Below, piece by piece: positions 51,071 through 64,000 of a stretch of DNA of 64,000 nucleotides (position 1 is the first letter of the stretch; each line of letters opens with the position of its first letter). The position numbers and the translations under genes were made by a program. Origin of the DNA: Lepidodermella squamata (lineage: Eukaryota > Animalia > Gastrotricha); NCBI GenBank assembly GCA_047495785.1, contig JBLDXI010000028.1, positions 1,302,001 through 1,366,000 of the forward strand. The letters are read 5' to 3'. The notes beneath the pieces are model-generated. The model saw nothing but the letters and a program-made list of their open reading frames with translations. It searched no databases and was not told the origin of the DNA.

Positions 51071-53749
51071 ATGGTACAACGATTCATCAGTCAGCATTCA
51101 TCCCGGGAAAATGGCACAAATTACACGGAAAAATTGATGCCGCCTGATTTACAGCTCGACGTCCGGAACCGATTGCTGGAGCTCATCGTCAACGACACGG
51201 CAGTTCAGGATGCAGTTGCGGACTTGGTTTGGAAATCGCCGATTTTCAAGGCCTTTCGGGACAATTCTAACGCATATTTCCTCATCGCTATGGCTATTCA
51301 AATTCACGGTAATTGCCGTTTTCGTTCGCCTAAATTTTTCGAAAATAATTTTGCAAAAATAGGGTATTAGTATGTTCATTTGACCTTTAAACTCGGATTT
51401 TCAGTTCATCAGTTATTTTAATGAATTTTTGGAATTTGAACAAAATCGAGCTAAGGATATATCATGAGACGACGAAATGTACTCGTTAAAATGTTCTTTG
51501 TTATTTCCGAATTATAGTTATGCAGTATGGTTTCGCTCTACTTGAAGCAGGCTGTGTTCGAGGCAAAAATGCAACCAGCAGTATGTGGCGAAACTGCGTT
51601 TGCGGTTTCGTGGCCGCTTTCGGCTTTTGGCTGTTCGGATTCCCACTAGCCTTCGGAAAATCAGTTGGAGGATTTTTGGGCACAACTTACTGGGCCTTCC
51701 ACAACATGCCCGACTCGACGGAACGGTACAACGCAAACTTTTGGTTCTTCCAGGTAATTTGTTGGGGAAATCTTGGGTTGGGGTTAGGGTTAGGGTTAGG
51801 CGTGGACTAGGGTTAGGATTGGGTTAGGTTAGGGTTTAAGGCTGGGTCTTAAAATTGGAGATTTGAAACTGATTGAAATAATATTGTACGGAATTCAACG
51901 ACGTTTGGTACTGAATTCAATAATTTGGGAATGATTTCATATCCCAATTTTCTAATTTACTTATTTGTAATTCATTCGATTTTTTCCGCCGAATTTATAG
52001 TACGCTTTTGCGACCACGGCTTCGACAATAATCAGCGGGGCGATTGCTGAACGAGGTCATGCTGTGTTTTTCCTCTTCTCTTCGTTCGTTATGTCATCTC
52101 TTACGTACCCGATTGTGGTCCATTGGTCGTGGCACGATGCTGGTTGGCTGAAATTGGGCACAAGGGGAGAAGAAATCGGTTTCATCGACTTTGCTGGAAG
52201 TGGCGTTGTCCATATGACTGGAGGAGCAGCTTCACTGGCCGCTATTATCCTACTCGGGGCTCGAAGTGGCCGATTTACTTCCAACCACATTGGCCAGCTC
52301 GAATCGTTTGTCGCTCATTCACCGACGGTGAAGAATTAGAAAAAGAATCGAGAAAAAAATTGAATTTTTTATGTTTATTCAGCTAGCGGCGCTAGGGTGT
52401 TTAATCCTATCAACAGGCTTTGTGGCCTTCAACGCTGGTTCGCAGCTTCACGTTGATGCGATCGGAGATTCTCATGCCATTGGTTATGCCGCTACTAATA
52501 CCATGTTTGTTACATTGCAATTTTTTCGATTCATGTTTCAAATTTTTTCCAAAAACAGGCTGGCTGGAGCTGGTGGAATGCTGTCTGTAGCTATTTTCGC
52601 ATTCTGGTAATTTTTTCGCCGCGCCACGCAAATTAATTTATTAAACTTATCTCACGAAAGGCGAACGCGGAAATTCCCATTACTACCACCATTGTGCGGC
52701 AGTTTAGCCGGAAATGTATGGTTTTTCTCAACTTTATTTGAGGTAAAAAATTGAAGAAATAATACATTTAGGTGGCGATATGTGCTGGGTGTGATGTTTT
52801 GACAACTTGGGCCTCAGTAGCCATCGGATGCGTTGCTGGCCTAGTCTACATTTTCGTGTCTTGGCTCGTTGCCAAGATGAAACTGGACGATCCTGTTGAT
52901 GCTGTTGGAGGTATGATAGGAAAATCACACAAATCTTGAGGAAAAATCCAAAAAATTTCCTTATAGTTCATCTCGGGGGAGGACTAACCGGTCTGATTGC
53001 TACGGCTTTGCTGCACCCTGGAATCGGAATATTTTATCATTGGAACATTCGATCTGCACTCGTAAGTTTATTTACTTTGAACTGTCAAAATGAGGCGAAT
53101 CAGGCATGGCAAATCACGAAAGTGGCTCAGTAAAGACCCTTTGAGTGGGGTACTGTTGGAAAGCCCGAGAAAAGGCAAACCTGGTTGTCTATAATAGACA
53201 TCGATCTGCTGCTAAAACGATGCATCTGGGCCTAAATTGAAGCAAGAATCATGAGGAAATAAAATATTTTCAAAAAGCTCGGGCTATCCGCTTTTCGCAC
53301 AGGCTATCCAACGACACCCAACTCAATCCACCCTTTTAGCATTTTGAATCTCATCTATCAAAATAATATGAACTTCACCTGAAAATGCGAATTTTGTGGA
53401 TTATCTGCGTTTTTTTTAGTTTTTGGGCTGGCAAATAGTCGGAGCTGTGGTCATTTTCGCTTGGTCATTTGTGCACACCCTGGTCATATGCGCCATTCTA
53501 CGGTACTTCAAGCTACTCCGAATGACGTCGCCCATTCCAAAAACTCTTCCATCCTTCGACGGAGCGCATAACGACGCCGAAGAAATCGGAATGGACGAAG
53601 CTCACGGCCACGAGCCGGCCTATCCCGAACTCGAATTAACCGTCGCTAGACTCAGCACGTTCTCCGCAAAACGAAATTCATGCCGATGCGAAAGTGACTC
53701 GACAAAAGACGACAGTTGCCCAACAACATGCGCAAGTGGACACATTTGA
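51071..53749 (+). CDS. amt: Ammonium transporter paralogue 7 (about 9 exons)
   Basis: VMQYGFALLEAG, WFFQYAF, GAIAER, DFAGSGVVH, FVAFNAGS, DDPVDAVGVHLGGG, EEIGMD. Confidence 0.92.
51773..51840 (+). repeat. Degenerate (TTAGGG)n-like tract in an Amt7 intron
   Basis: GGGTTAGGGTTAGGGTTAGG...GGTTAGGTTAGGG. Confidence 0.8.
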
Positions 53750-54056
53750 ACATCAAAATTGATGATGAATCATTATTTGTCTCCGGTGAATTTTTTATCT
53801 CTTATCACCCATTTTTTTAACGAATTTTATAATAAAAAAAAATTTGATTACAAGCAGGCTTCACTTTATTTGGCGCTTCAAAGCAATTAGTATCGGGTAT
53901 AAGTATATGTCATAAATAAAAACAAAAAAGCGGTATAATATAAGTAAAGGTGGCTAAGGCAGTCTAGCATACAAAAAATCGGCTAACAATCAGAGAAAAG
54001 CAAGCAAGCCTGTTTTTTGTTGTTTTTTACTAAAAAATGAACAATGACTACGCGTT

Positions 54057-56466
54057 TCATCGGTTTTCCTTCCGCGATTTTTTCGACGGATTTGCAGATG
54101 AAAACATGCGAGTTTGTTGCGACGATTCTGGCCGGGAGAAGAACGAACGCACCGTGTGGCCAACTGCGCTGTTTGTTGAGTTGTTCCGCGTGTACTCTTC
54201 GCCGTTTGAACTGCTGCTTTCGGTTTCGGCGAGTGGCGGCCGGGCGCCTGTCGGGGTTTTAGGGTACAGGGACTTCGATTCGAGGCGCAACTGCTTCAGC
54301 CAGTACTCGTTAGGAATGCTTAGCAAAATCTCAAGAGCCTAAAAATAGTCAAAAATTGTTTAATCATGCTGTTATTTTTAAATTACAAAATTATTAAAAT
54401 TTAAAAATTAATAGGGAATTTTGGAGCAATTTTTTTTATTGTTCCGCTAAAAAAAATTTGCATCAAGAAATTCAAAATTTTTAAAAGTACGAATTGGTGA
54501 CTTCAAACACAGTCAATTTCGATCGAATGATTCAATTTTATCCAATCCAAGGCAAATCAAAAATAATTTTCCTTTCTGGTGAATCTTCGAATAGCTGAGA
54601 ATATAAGATTGAGTAAATAATTCAATATTATTTGCCAAAGTTGTTACACAATTGAGTCTATTTTGTTCCCTTTATATGCTGAAATATGGCTCAGAAGAAT
54701 CCTTACCGCAGAAATAAGTTCGGCATCTCGAGTAGCAGCAACTGAGTTTTGGTTCGAGCAAGGCCCGAAGAGGGTCGGCGCCAGAACGCGGGCGAGATTT
54801 TTCACCGGCATATTCGTCGCCGGAGCAGCAGCAACGCGTTGGAGGTGCAGAAGAAGGTAAACCAGCGTATCATGGTGAGCATCCGTCATGTTCTTAACAA
54901 GATCCTTGAAACGACTAGTTTGCTGGTTGGCATCCAAATCTGCGAACAAAATCAATCGATTAACAACTAATTTTACGATTGAAATTAATTATTACCAAGA
55001 GCATTCACAAATTCCTGACGAACTGCGTTAGGAATAACTGGATCGGGCAAGTTATTCAAAAAATCTTTCAACAACCCGGTGATGACGTTGATATCGCGAA
55101 TGAGCGACAAATTAGGCGGAGCCTTGCCCTGGTAGACTTGTTTCTTCAAATCGCGAATTTCGGCCAAAGAGCCACTGAGGCGGTACAGCCCAGACTCGGT
55201 AAGGCCTCGAGTTTCGATCTCATTCACACATTGAATGACGACAGGCGGTACGAAGGGAGGCAGTTCGTTGACATAGCTAGTCAGATTTCGCTCGTCCTGG
55301 TGATTGCCCCAGCGCATTCGAGGCGTTGAAATCGCGGCTGGTGAGTTGACACGTTTGCCCCAGCAAGGCATAGGCGCATCATTTCGGCATTCAGTGTGAA
55401 CCATTTGGCTAGAAAAATTCAGAAGAATGATCATTAAATTGTATTATTAGTCTAGTAAAACTCACCCGCATTCGCCGCAACGAAGCATAACCTGGCCAAA
55501 TCGTGACTTTCTCTGGCAAGTAGCGCAGGTGTGAGATTTAACAACAGTGTCTTGGACGAAAACGTGAGGTTTCGCCAGGCTTGAGCTCGGTGATCTTGTC
55601 AGGGAGGCAAGAGGCTCCAGAACGCGAGTTTCAGACCGGGATCGACGGCCCAGGTTCAACGGACGGCCTTCCTTTGGATTCGGATTTGGATCAACGTGCT
55701 GGGACAGCTTGTTTTCGGTAGATCGGGACCGTCTGCGATTGTTAGGGGAACGTGGCGGTTTGGGCGGGAGCTGAATTGGAATATCCTCAGACGGGAAAAC
55801 AATAGGGTGTTGCTGGTAGTTATCACCCTGAGGGGCTCGGCTGTAAGGACGGCCGGATCTGGTTCGGGATTGATTCAAACTAGTCGGAGCAAATGTGGTG
55901 CTAACGTCGCAAATCATGTCGCGAGAAGCATCGCGATCGCCCTCGTTGTAAATCCACGAGGCTTCCTGTGACTCGTCGAAATCAGCGACATTAGTCGACG
56001 CTCGGCGAACGCTGGCTGCGGAGTTGAAGTTGTTGGTGACATTGCTCAACTCGCGTATGCATTCTTGTTCACGAGCAGGAAGACCTGAAATGCGTTCTTG
56101 ATCGATGATTCCAAGGGCGATCCGAACACGTTTGATATACGCAGCAAATTCGCGTTCCATTTTCTTTTTTTGATTCTTCGTTTCAAACTCCTTCTGCGTG
56201 AATTCATGAATACGATTCTGAAGTTTGCGATTGCTTTCGCGGAACTCGGCGTTTTCCGAACGAAGAGATGCGTTTTCTGAGCGAAGTGCTGCATTTTCTT
56301 CGCGGAGTTTCCGCTTATCTTCACTGAAGCGCATTAGCCAAAGAGCGAGATTGTCCATATCGCCAAGCAAGCCATTGTTGACGTAGTCTATGACGCCGTT
56401 GTAGCTACGTTTCAGATAGTCAAGCTCGGCTAATGCAGAGCAACCGTTTGACGAATTTACTGCCAT
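54057..56466 (-). CDS. RACGAP1: Rac GTPase-activating protein 1 (MgcRacGAP/CYK-4); exons 56466-55466, 55408-54996, 54939-54707, 54338-54057
   Basis: N-terminal coiled coil; C1 domain H...CATC...CGEC..H..C...C; RhoGAP domain with CVNEIETRGLTESGLYRLSG (Arg finger), LLKDFL and NLARVLAPT. Confidence 0.9.
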
Positions 56467-56787
56467 GGGGTGAGCTAAAAATGGTAAAACCTACTAAACA
56501 AAAGAATTTTAATCAAAATCTGCCTATTTCATATGAGAGACTATAAAATATAAACCTTGAAGTACAGCGTACATCTTAAAAAGATAAAGTAGGTTAGTCT
56601 GGTTATGGTTGCTAAGATGTTGTCAGTTACATGTCATATATTTAATGCAAGGCAATCCAAAGGAAAAGATGGAATTGCCAATCTATAACAGTTGTTGATC
56701 GCTTTCTAACCCGCCGCTAGGAAGAGCTGTTTGAAAACTGGGCAAAAATGACTGGGTCCTCGTCACATGATCAACAATAAGTGGAAT

Positions 56788-56843
56788 ACCAGGGACCAGG
56801 GACCAGGGACCAGGGACCAGGGACCAGGGACCAGGGACCAGGG
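56788..56843 (+). repeat. (ACCAGGG)8 tandem repeat
   Basis: Eight perfect 7-nt units. Confidence 0.95.
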
Positions 56844-57122
56844 CCAGAAAGCCGATGAAAAATTATTCCTCAACTTCACTTGAGCTAATCAAGACCTCAG
56901 ACCTAAAACCTAAGCTAGCAATTTTCTTGCCGCTACCTCTCCACGAAAAGACAAGGCGCTGTCTACAAGTTTTTTGATTGTGTTACACAAAAGAATTATT
57001 TTGAGACAGGTTTGAAGCATGAAGGATGAAGGAGGGACGAAACGAGACACCAGACACTAGACATGTAGGTGTGGGGAAAACGAAACAAAAATCAGGCAAA
57101 CACAAAGGGAGAGTCTGGAAGC

Positions 57123-57295
57123 TAGGAACATGTTCCTAACAAATATGGCTGAAAATGGCTCAATGTTAGGAACAAATAAGGACTATGTCGAAATCTTAAC
57201 GCATTTGCAAAATTCATATTAAAATTCGACGCTGAAAAAGGTTTCATTGTGAAATGTATCCGTCGACCTTACATGCTCGCTTCGCTCGCATGGAT
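57123..57295. mobile_element. Possible Helitron/Helentron-type end fragment
   Basis: Palindromic TAGGAACATGTTCCTA motif recurring at 57163, 57481 and 61751, plus the hairpin CATGCTCGCTTCGCTCGCATG. Boundaries unclear. Confidence 0.35.
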
Positions 57296-58259
57296 ATGCT
57301 AAAAAATGAATACGTTTTACTCCGCAAAAAAAACAAGTTCCAGGTTCATTGTTAACAAGTTCTTCTTTCTTGAAACAGTATTTTTAGCACTGAAGTAGCT
57401 AGAATAGCTAAAACTTTAATCTAAAGCAAGAAAATCCTGGAAAAATGATATCATAAGATGGTTTGTTTGGATGGGATGTATTGTTCCTAACATTGCGCGA
57501 TTTCCAGCCATATTGTGGGGGCACGGTAGTGCCCTCCGAAGAATGGAGAGGGTCTGGAAAGGACAGCGGCGAAAGGGACATAGCCCAGGATGAAAGAAAA
57601 GAGGCACACCGTTTGCCCCCTATATATACACTTGGGCCAGGTATAAATTTTTTCGCCAAAAATGACCCAACTTTGGGATCGAGGACCAGGACCTTGGAAT
57701 GAGATATATCGAGAAAAAATTATACCATCAGCTAGCTAATGATCTCAGCTATCTAATGGTATAAGTTAATTGGGAAAATTCCTCAGGTAACTTGTACTTT
57801 TGGGTTGCCGCGCAAAGGACATTTTTCCATGATTTTCTAAAAATGAAGGTACCCCCCCTGCCGTTTTGTATTTCGCTCTATAAGCGCTCAGGGCTGATCC
57901 GTGAGGAAGCTATTTCCACATTTAATTCAAAAAATTAATAATTTAAATATTATAAATGTTTATAATACAAATTCCATAAATTTGAAAATTATTTTGGCGG
58001 TATTTTTTTAAAGTATTTTTCGGGCGACCCGCGGAGATAAAGGGGCGAGCGAAACAGGGAGCCGCGCTGACTCAAACGAGGATCGCTTGCAACCGTGGAC
58101 TCGACGTTTTAACAAACTTCCAGCATGATTTGCAATTCCTTGGGATTCTCGGCACACGAGTTTGAGACGAAAATTATTTTTCTAGTTGATACCAGCCAGC
58201 TTGAATGTAGGTACACTCGAAACTCGAAGCTTTAACCTTGGATGTTGGTAGCCCTCATA

Positions 58260-58860
58260 CCGTCAACTGGGGTGACTTTACCTAGTGGGGTGACATTGGC
58301 ATGGGTTTTCGTAACTGACTTTCAAATGACCGCGGTGGGCGTGTGTTACATTGAAATATAGTCGATATGGATGTCAATCGAAAGCTGGCAAGACCTGCAG
58401 CCAAACGCAGTTGGCATTTTGACCAAATTGATACGCTCACGAAGCCTATTATCAATTACCTGTAACGAAAGTCACCCCAAACGGCAGTTTCACATATGGG
58501 GTGACTTCGTCGTATGTACTCTCTTCATGAATCCATATTTTTCATGCGACAATGAGTGGGGAAATAAATCATAATAATTAGGCGGCTGGAATTTGGTGAT
58601 CAGACAGGATCGGTAAGGGGATCGGAGGCTGTCAACCAATATAATTTAATCCACGCACGGTAGGATGACATTCAGCTAGGAAAATAGGGCCAAAAGGGTC
58701 AAATAACCGTTCAAAATTATTAGCAGATAAAATAATGTGAAGGTTATTTGAATAAATTCATGTTATTTGCATGTTTTTATGCGTCACGTGATGCTAATAA
58801 AGTCACCCCATTTTGGTACGCCAAAGTGACCCCCACCACTAAAGTCACCCCAGTTGACGG
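58260..58860. mobile_element. Tc1/mariner-type MITE
   Basis: Perfect 21-bp TIR CCGTCAACTGGGGTGACTTTA with TA duplication; internal GGGGTGAC repeats. Confidence 0.88.
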
Positions 58861-59827
58861 TACTTTTTTGCGACTGGTCCAGGCATTCGCCCCGAGGTTT
58901 AATTTCGATAAACAGACATCTGTGACAGCTGTGTTGTATGGACCTTTTACGACTATGATTTATGTTGCTTGCTTAATAATTACTCAACTTCAATGCTTAT
59001 TGATGTAAACCGAGGATGGAGATTTCAGGGATATAAAACAGACCGCTCAGTGTCTATCTCACGTTCGATCTTCTGCATAAATCGCATGAATCTTACAAGT
59101 TATACATGTTAACAGGACGCTAACCTTACACGGAACTTATGCCTGTTGATTGTTGAGATAACCAACAATAAAATAAAGAAGAGCCGATCAGACATAACCA
59201 ATCTTTTGAGGCTACGAGAAGTTTGGCATTTGCTAAATGGTGTGTTACGTACACAGGAACTGCTACCGTTAATGTCAAGTTGATAAAAATGAACACCTCC
59301 CACAGATGGAGTATGTTACTGCATGCTGCATAATAAATTTAGATTTCGGCGAACTACCAATTAAAAAGAAATGGCTAAACTCAAAAGTCAACAGATTTAT
59401 TAATAAAGCCTCAGGTTAATGCACGAAAAGCGACAAGTTTGTGAAAATCTATCGCAACCCGTCAACAAGTAAGTAAACAGTATTTTTACTTGAATCGTCG
59501 AACGTATTACTTCGCATCGCGTCAATAGGTCTTTTGACAGGCTTTTCCCGCGATAGTTTGTATCTTGTTCTAAATTGTCCGCGCTTCTACTAAAGACAAA
59601 TATGTAAAAAGTCATTCCCCGCAAACGAATTAGTCGAATGCGGACGAAGATACCTCTCCTCTCCGCATCTCGTCCGAAATAAGCCATATGTTTTAGTATT
59701 GATTCGAAGAAAAACTTTATTGTTCGGGGGGTGTGGGGGCTTGTTTGTATCTTGTTCTAAATCGTCCGCGCTTCTACTAAAGAAAAAAACTTCTTTAGCA
59801 GAATTTAGCCTCCGAAAACTACATCAT

Positions 59828-61749
59828 ATCCCACTGAAAACAGCTCCGCGAAGGATTTCAGACGAAGAATGAAGAGGTCCGAAACCTGTTCTGGCCCAAC
59901 TATACAACGGCATCAAATCCCGGATGGCGCTGACGCGCCCATCCTCATACCACTCGCCATTCTGAGCGGCGATTAATGCCACGGAAAAATAATCTACCGT
60001 GATGACGAATATGACTTTATTCTCCCCAAAACCCTACGGAAGTTTAGTCGGATCTTTTAAATTGTCACATCTTTTCATAAATCTATATTCTAAGGAGGGT
60101 GTCTCTCATAATCAGCGGCAAAACCTGCTGATTGTTTTGGTTATGTTCAAATAAATAAAAATACCAAAATGAAAACCTAAAAACCCCTCTTCGGCTTATT
60201 TTGTCTAGAAAATGGCTCAATTGCTTATAACGTGTGGGAAATTATTGCAAATTTGCCATAAATTTTACTCGCTTCGGTCGAAATTGTCGATACTGTTGAA
60301 AATCGAATTATTTCACTCTCAGATCCATAACAACTACCAACAAATTTTCCTGGTCACGCCCCTGCTGATTATTCGATCGTTCGCTAATGGGTCAATTTTA
60401 TTTTACTTTCTCCTATCGAGTTAATGTTGGTGCCAAAATGTAGCTCTCATCAAATGGAGTGAAAAAGCATTACAACTTATACCGGGACAGCCACTCCCTT
60501 TCTTACATAGCTTCCCGAAGAAAAAATTATTGGACTCAGACCTACGCAGTTTAGTATGGGAAAAATGTGTTTTCAAGTAGTTTCATGGATATAGATTTGC
60601 GTTACAGTCAAGGGATTGAATTAGTAAAGTCGACAAGCGCTATCGATTGGTGTTATCAATTTGACCATATCTATTGCGTAACCCATAGATCTGAGTTTCT
60701 ATGGACCCACGATTATTTTTGACCGGTGTTGAACATTTTAATATTAGAAAATATAATATTAAACATTTAAATGGATGGATGGATGGATGTTAGACCCTGA
60801 CACCAATTCTGGTGATTTAACATGGCTTGGATACAAAAATGAATAAAATGATACAAAAATGAATTATAAAAATAGGGCTATGATCTAGGTATTTAGTCCA
60901 AAAATTTTTGGAAATGGATAAATTGCATCCAATGTCGATTTTTCGTGTCCGTGAATGACCGAATAGTTTAGTAAACTAAAGTAAGTACTATAATTATATT
61001 AAATTATATACTATGGTTAGAAATCGATTAAATTCGGAAAAGCGTACCATATTGCCTAAAAGTAATGACTTTCTCTAACTAATATAATGGTTAGGGTAGA
61101 TGTGTTTTGGGCACTCTTAATAATATCATCAACGTTGTCATACGTTGTCCATTCGTTATTTCGGGAGGTACCTACTTCAGTTACCCAGGTGAAAACTTGC
61201 GCGTGGACTATGGGCACCATATAAGGGAGGGTCAAGTAGCCATGATTCAACTCAGCAAATGAAACACTGACTTTTCTTTCAGCCGACGTTCATCGTGATA
61301 CAATTTATGGACGAATTCATCGTTTAGCAGAAGAAATGTTAAAGAATGAAAAGTCTTGAGTTGTCAGTTGATACCTTGTTTAAATAACTATTCACAATAT
61401 CAATAAAAAAATAATTACTCATTCGGCGAGAACTCAATTATCTCAATTATCTCTGCGTACCATAGCCTTTTATGCTGTGCGGGAGCCATGACTTGTGAAT
61501 CCTTCCAAAAGGACTGAAGTACTATATAAATCTTCACATACGATTTGATCCCGAATGAGTTCAGAAGTTTGTTACTCCGAGCTACCGAAAAAGGATTAGC
61601 ATAATCGCCGCTCAGAATGGCGAGTGGTATGAGGATGGGCGCGTCAGCGCCATCCGGGATTTGATGCCGTTGTATAGTTGGGCCAGAACAGGTTTCGGAC
61701 CTCTTCATTCTTCGTCTGAAATCCTTCGCGGAGCTGTTTTCAGTGGGAT
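59828..61749. repeat. Perfect 148-bp inverted repeat (59828-59975 / 61602-61749), ~1.6-kb spacer
   Basis: Exact reverse-complement arms. A ~40-bp direct repeat lies just upstream (near 59557 and 59744). Confidence 0.9.
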
Positions 61750-62428
61750 TTGTTAGGAACATGTTCCTAACATTTAGATTTTCCGAACACAAACGCGCAT
61801 TATTTCAAATTTTGGTCTTGATGTTTAAAAATGCTAACATATTTCTAACAATTAATTTAATTCACAATTGCATTAACTGTAATTTTAATTTTAAGTTTTG
61901 AATTTGAGTTCCCGCGCGAAATCCTGTGGCTTTCAAAGCCAAGATGCTGGCCGACGAACGGGCGAGAGTGCAGTGGGGTTGTCCTTGCGGCTATCGGTTG
62001 TGTAGCCGGTGTGTTTGTGTTACATTATATGTGGTATGAATTGTGTGCTGCAGATTTACTGATTACGCAGTTCTGATTTTCGATTCTTCTACTTGTGTTA
62101 TTTTGAATGGCTCCTAGTTTCTAGTTTCAGCATTACTTCGTACTTCGCAGTAAGACAATTCAATGCTAGTGTTTCTTGGCGTCTCATAGTCTTGCTACCT
62201 ACAAATATTGGCATCAATTTGTCTGAGCGCTGGCTGCATTTGATGTAGATGCTTGTGAAAACTGATAGCACCTTAGTTGGTCGTCTGTTATCGTTGATAG
62301 TTGATAGTATGTTGCGCTTTCGATATTAGCGAGTACACAGCCGTAAATTGTCTAGTATTACTATATTGCCAGGATAATTTTTACAGTTTTTTTTCAATTA
62401 GAGCTTGAGTGATTAGGAAACGAACATC

Positions 62429-64000
<1,572 letters not shown>

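Noticed and set aside
51773-51840. True telomere or chromosome fusion site; GLGLGL coding repeat
   Set aside because: Short, degenerate, single-orientation and intronic; more likely a simple repeat or TE relic.
28533-53749. Amt copies as pseudogene fragments or an assembly duplication
   Set aside because: The fragmentation in the ORF track is explained by short introns with compatible phases, and the paralogues are highly diverged.
61415-61792. 125-aa minus-strand ORF upstream of RECQL5
   Set aside because: It overlaps the inverted-repeat arm and palindrome, with no recognisable protein features.

Overview
Eukaryotic, most likely invertebrate animal, genomic DNA from a compact genome. Introns are AT-rich, mostly about 45-65 nt and GT-AG, so the ORF track shows only exon fragments; I rebuilt exon structures by eye. 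Gene order: 3' part of GCN1 (+); TMEM18 (+, one GC-AG intron); a p160/NCOA/Taiman-like PAS coactivator (+, no recognisable bHLH); a ~4.2 kb TE-rich block holding a trypsin-fold protease and a perfect 165-bp inverted repeat; sarcosine dehydrogenase (-); a CACTA/EnSpm-like element; a tandem array of seven same-strand ammonium transporter (Amt) paralogues over ~25 kb; RacGAP1/CYK-4 (-); a repeat-rich divergent intergenic region; and the 5' part of RecQ5 (+). The Amt array is interrupted by an orphan disordered-protein gene and carries a LINE in one intron. It is the most notable system here. All copies look intact and keep the twin histidines. Copies 2-5 share substitutions at conserved functional motifs and lie only 151-194 nt apart (operon-like). 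Copies 1-4 share a Cys-containing N-terminal extension. The species cannot be determined from the sequence. Homology statements rest on remembered family motifs, not on searches.
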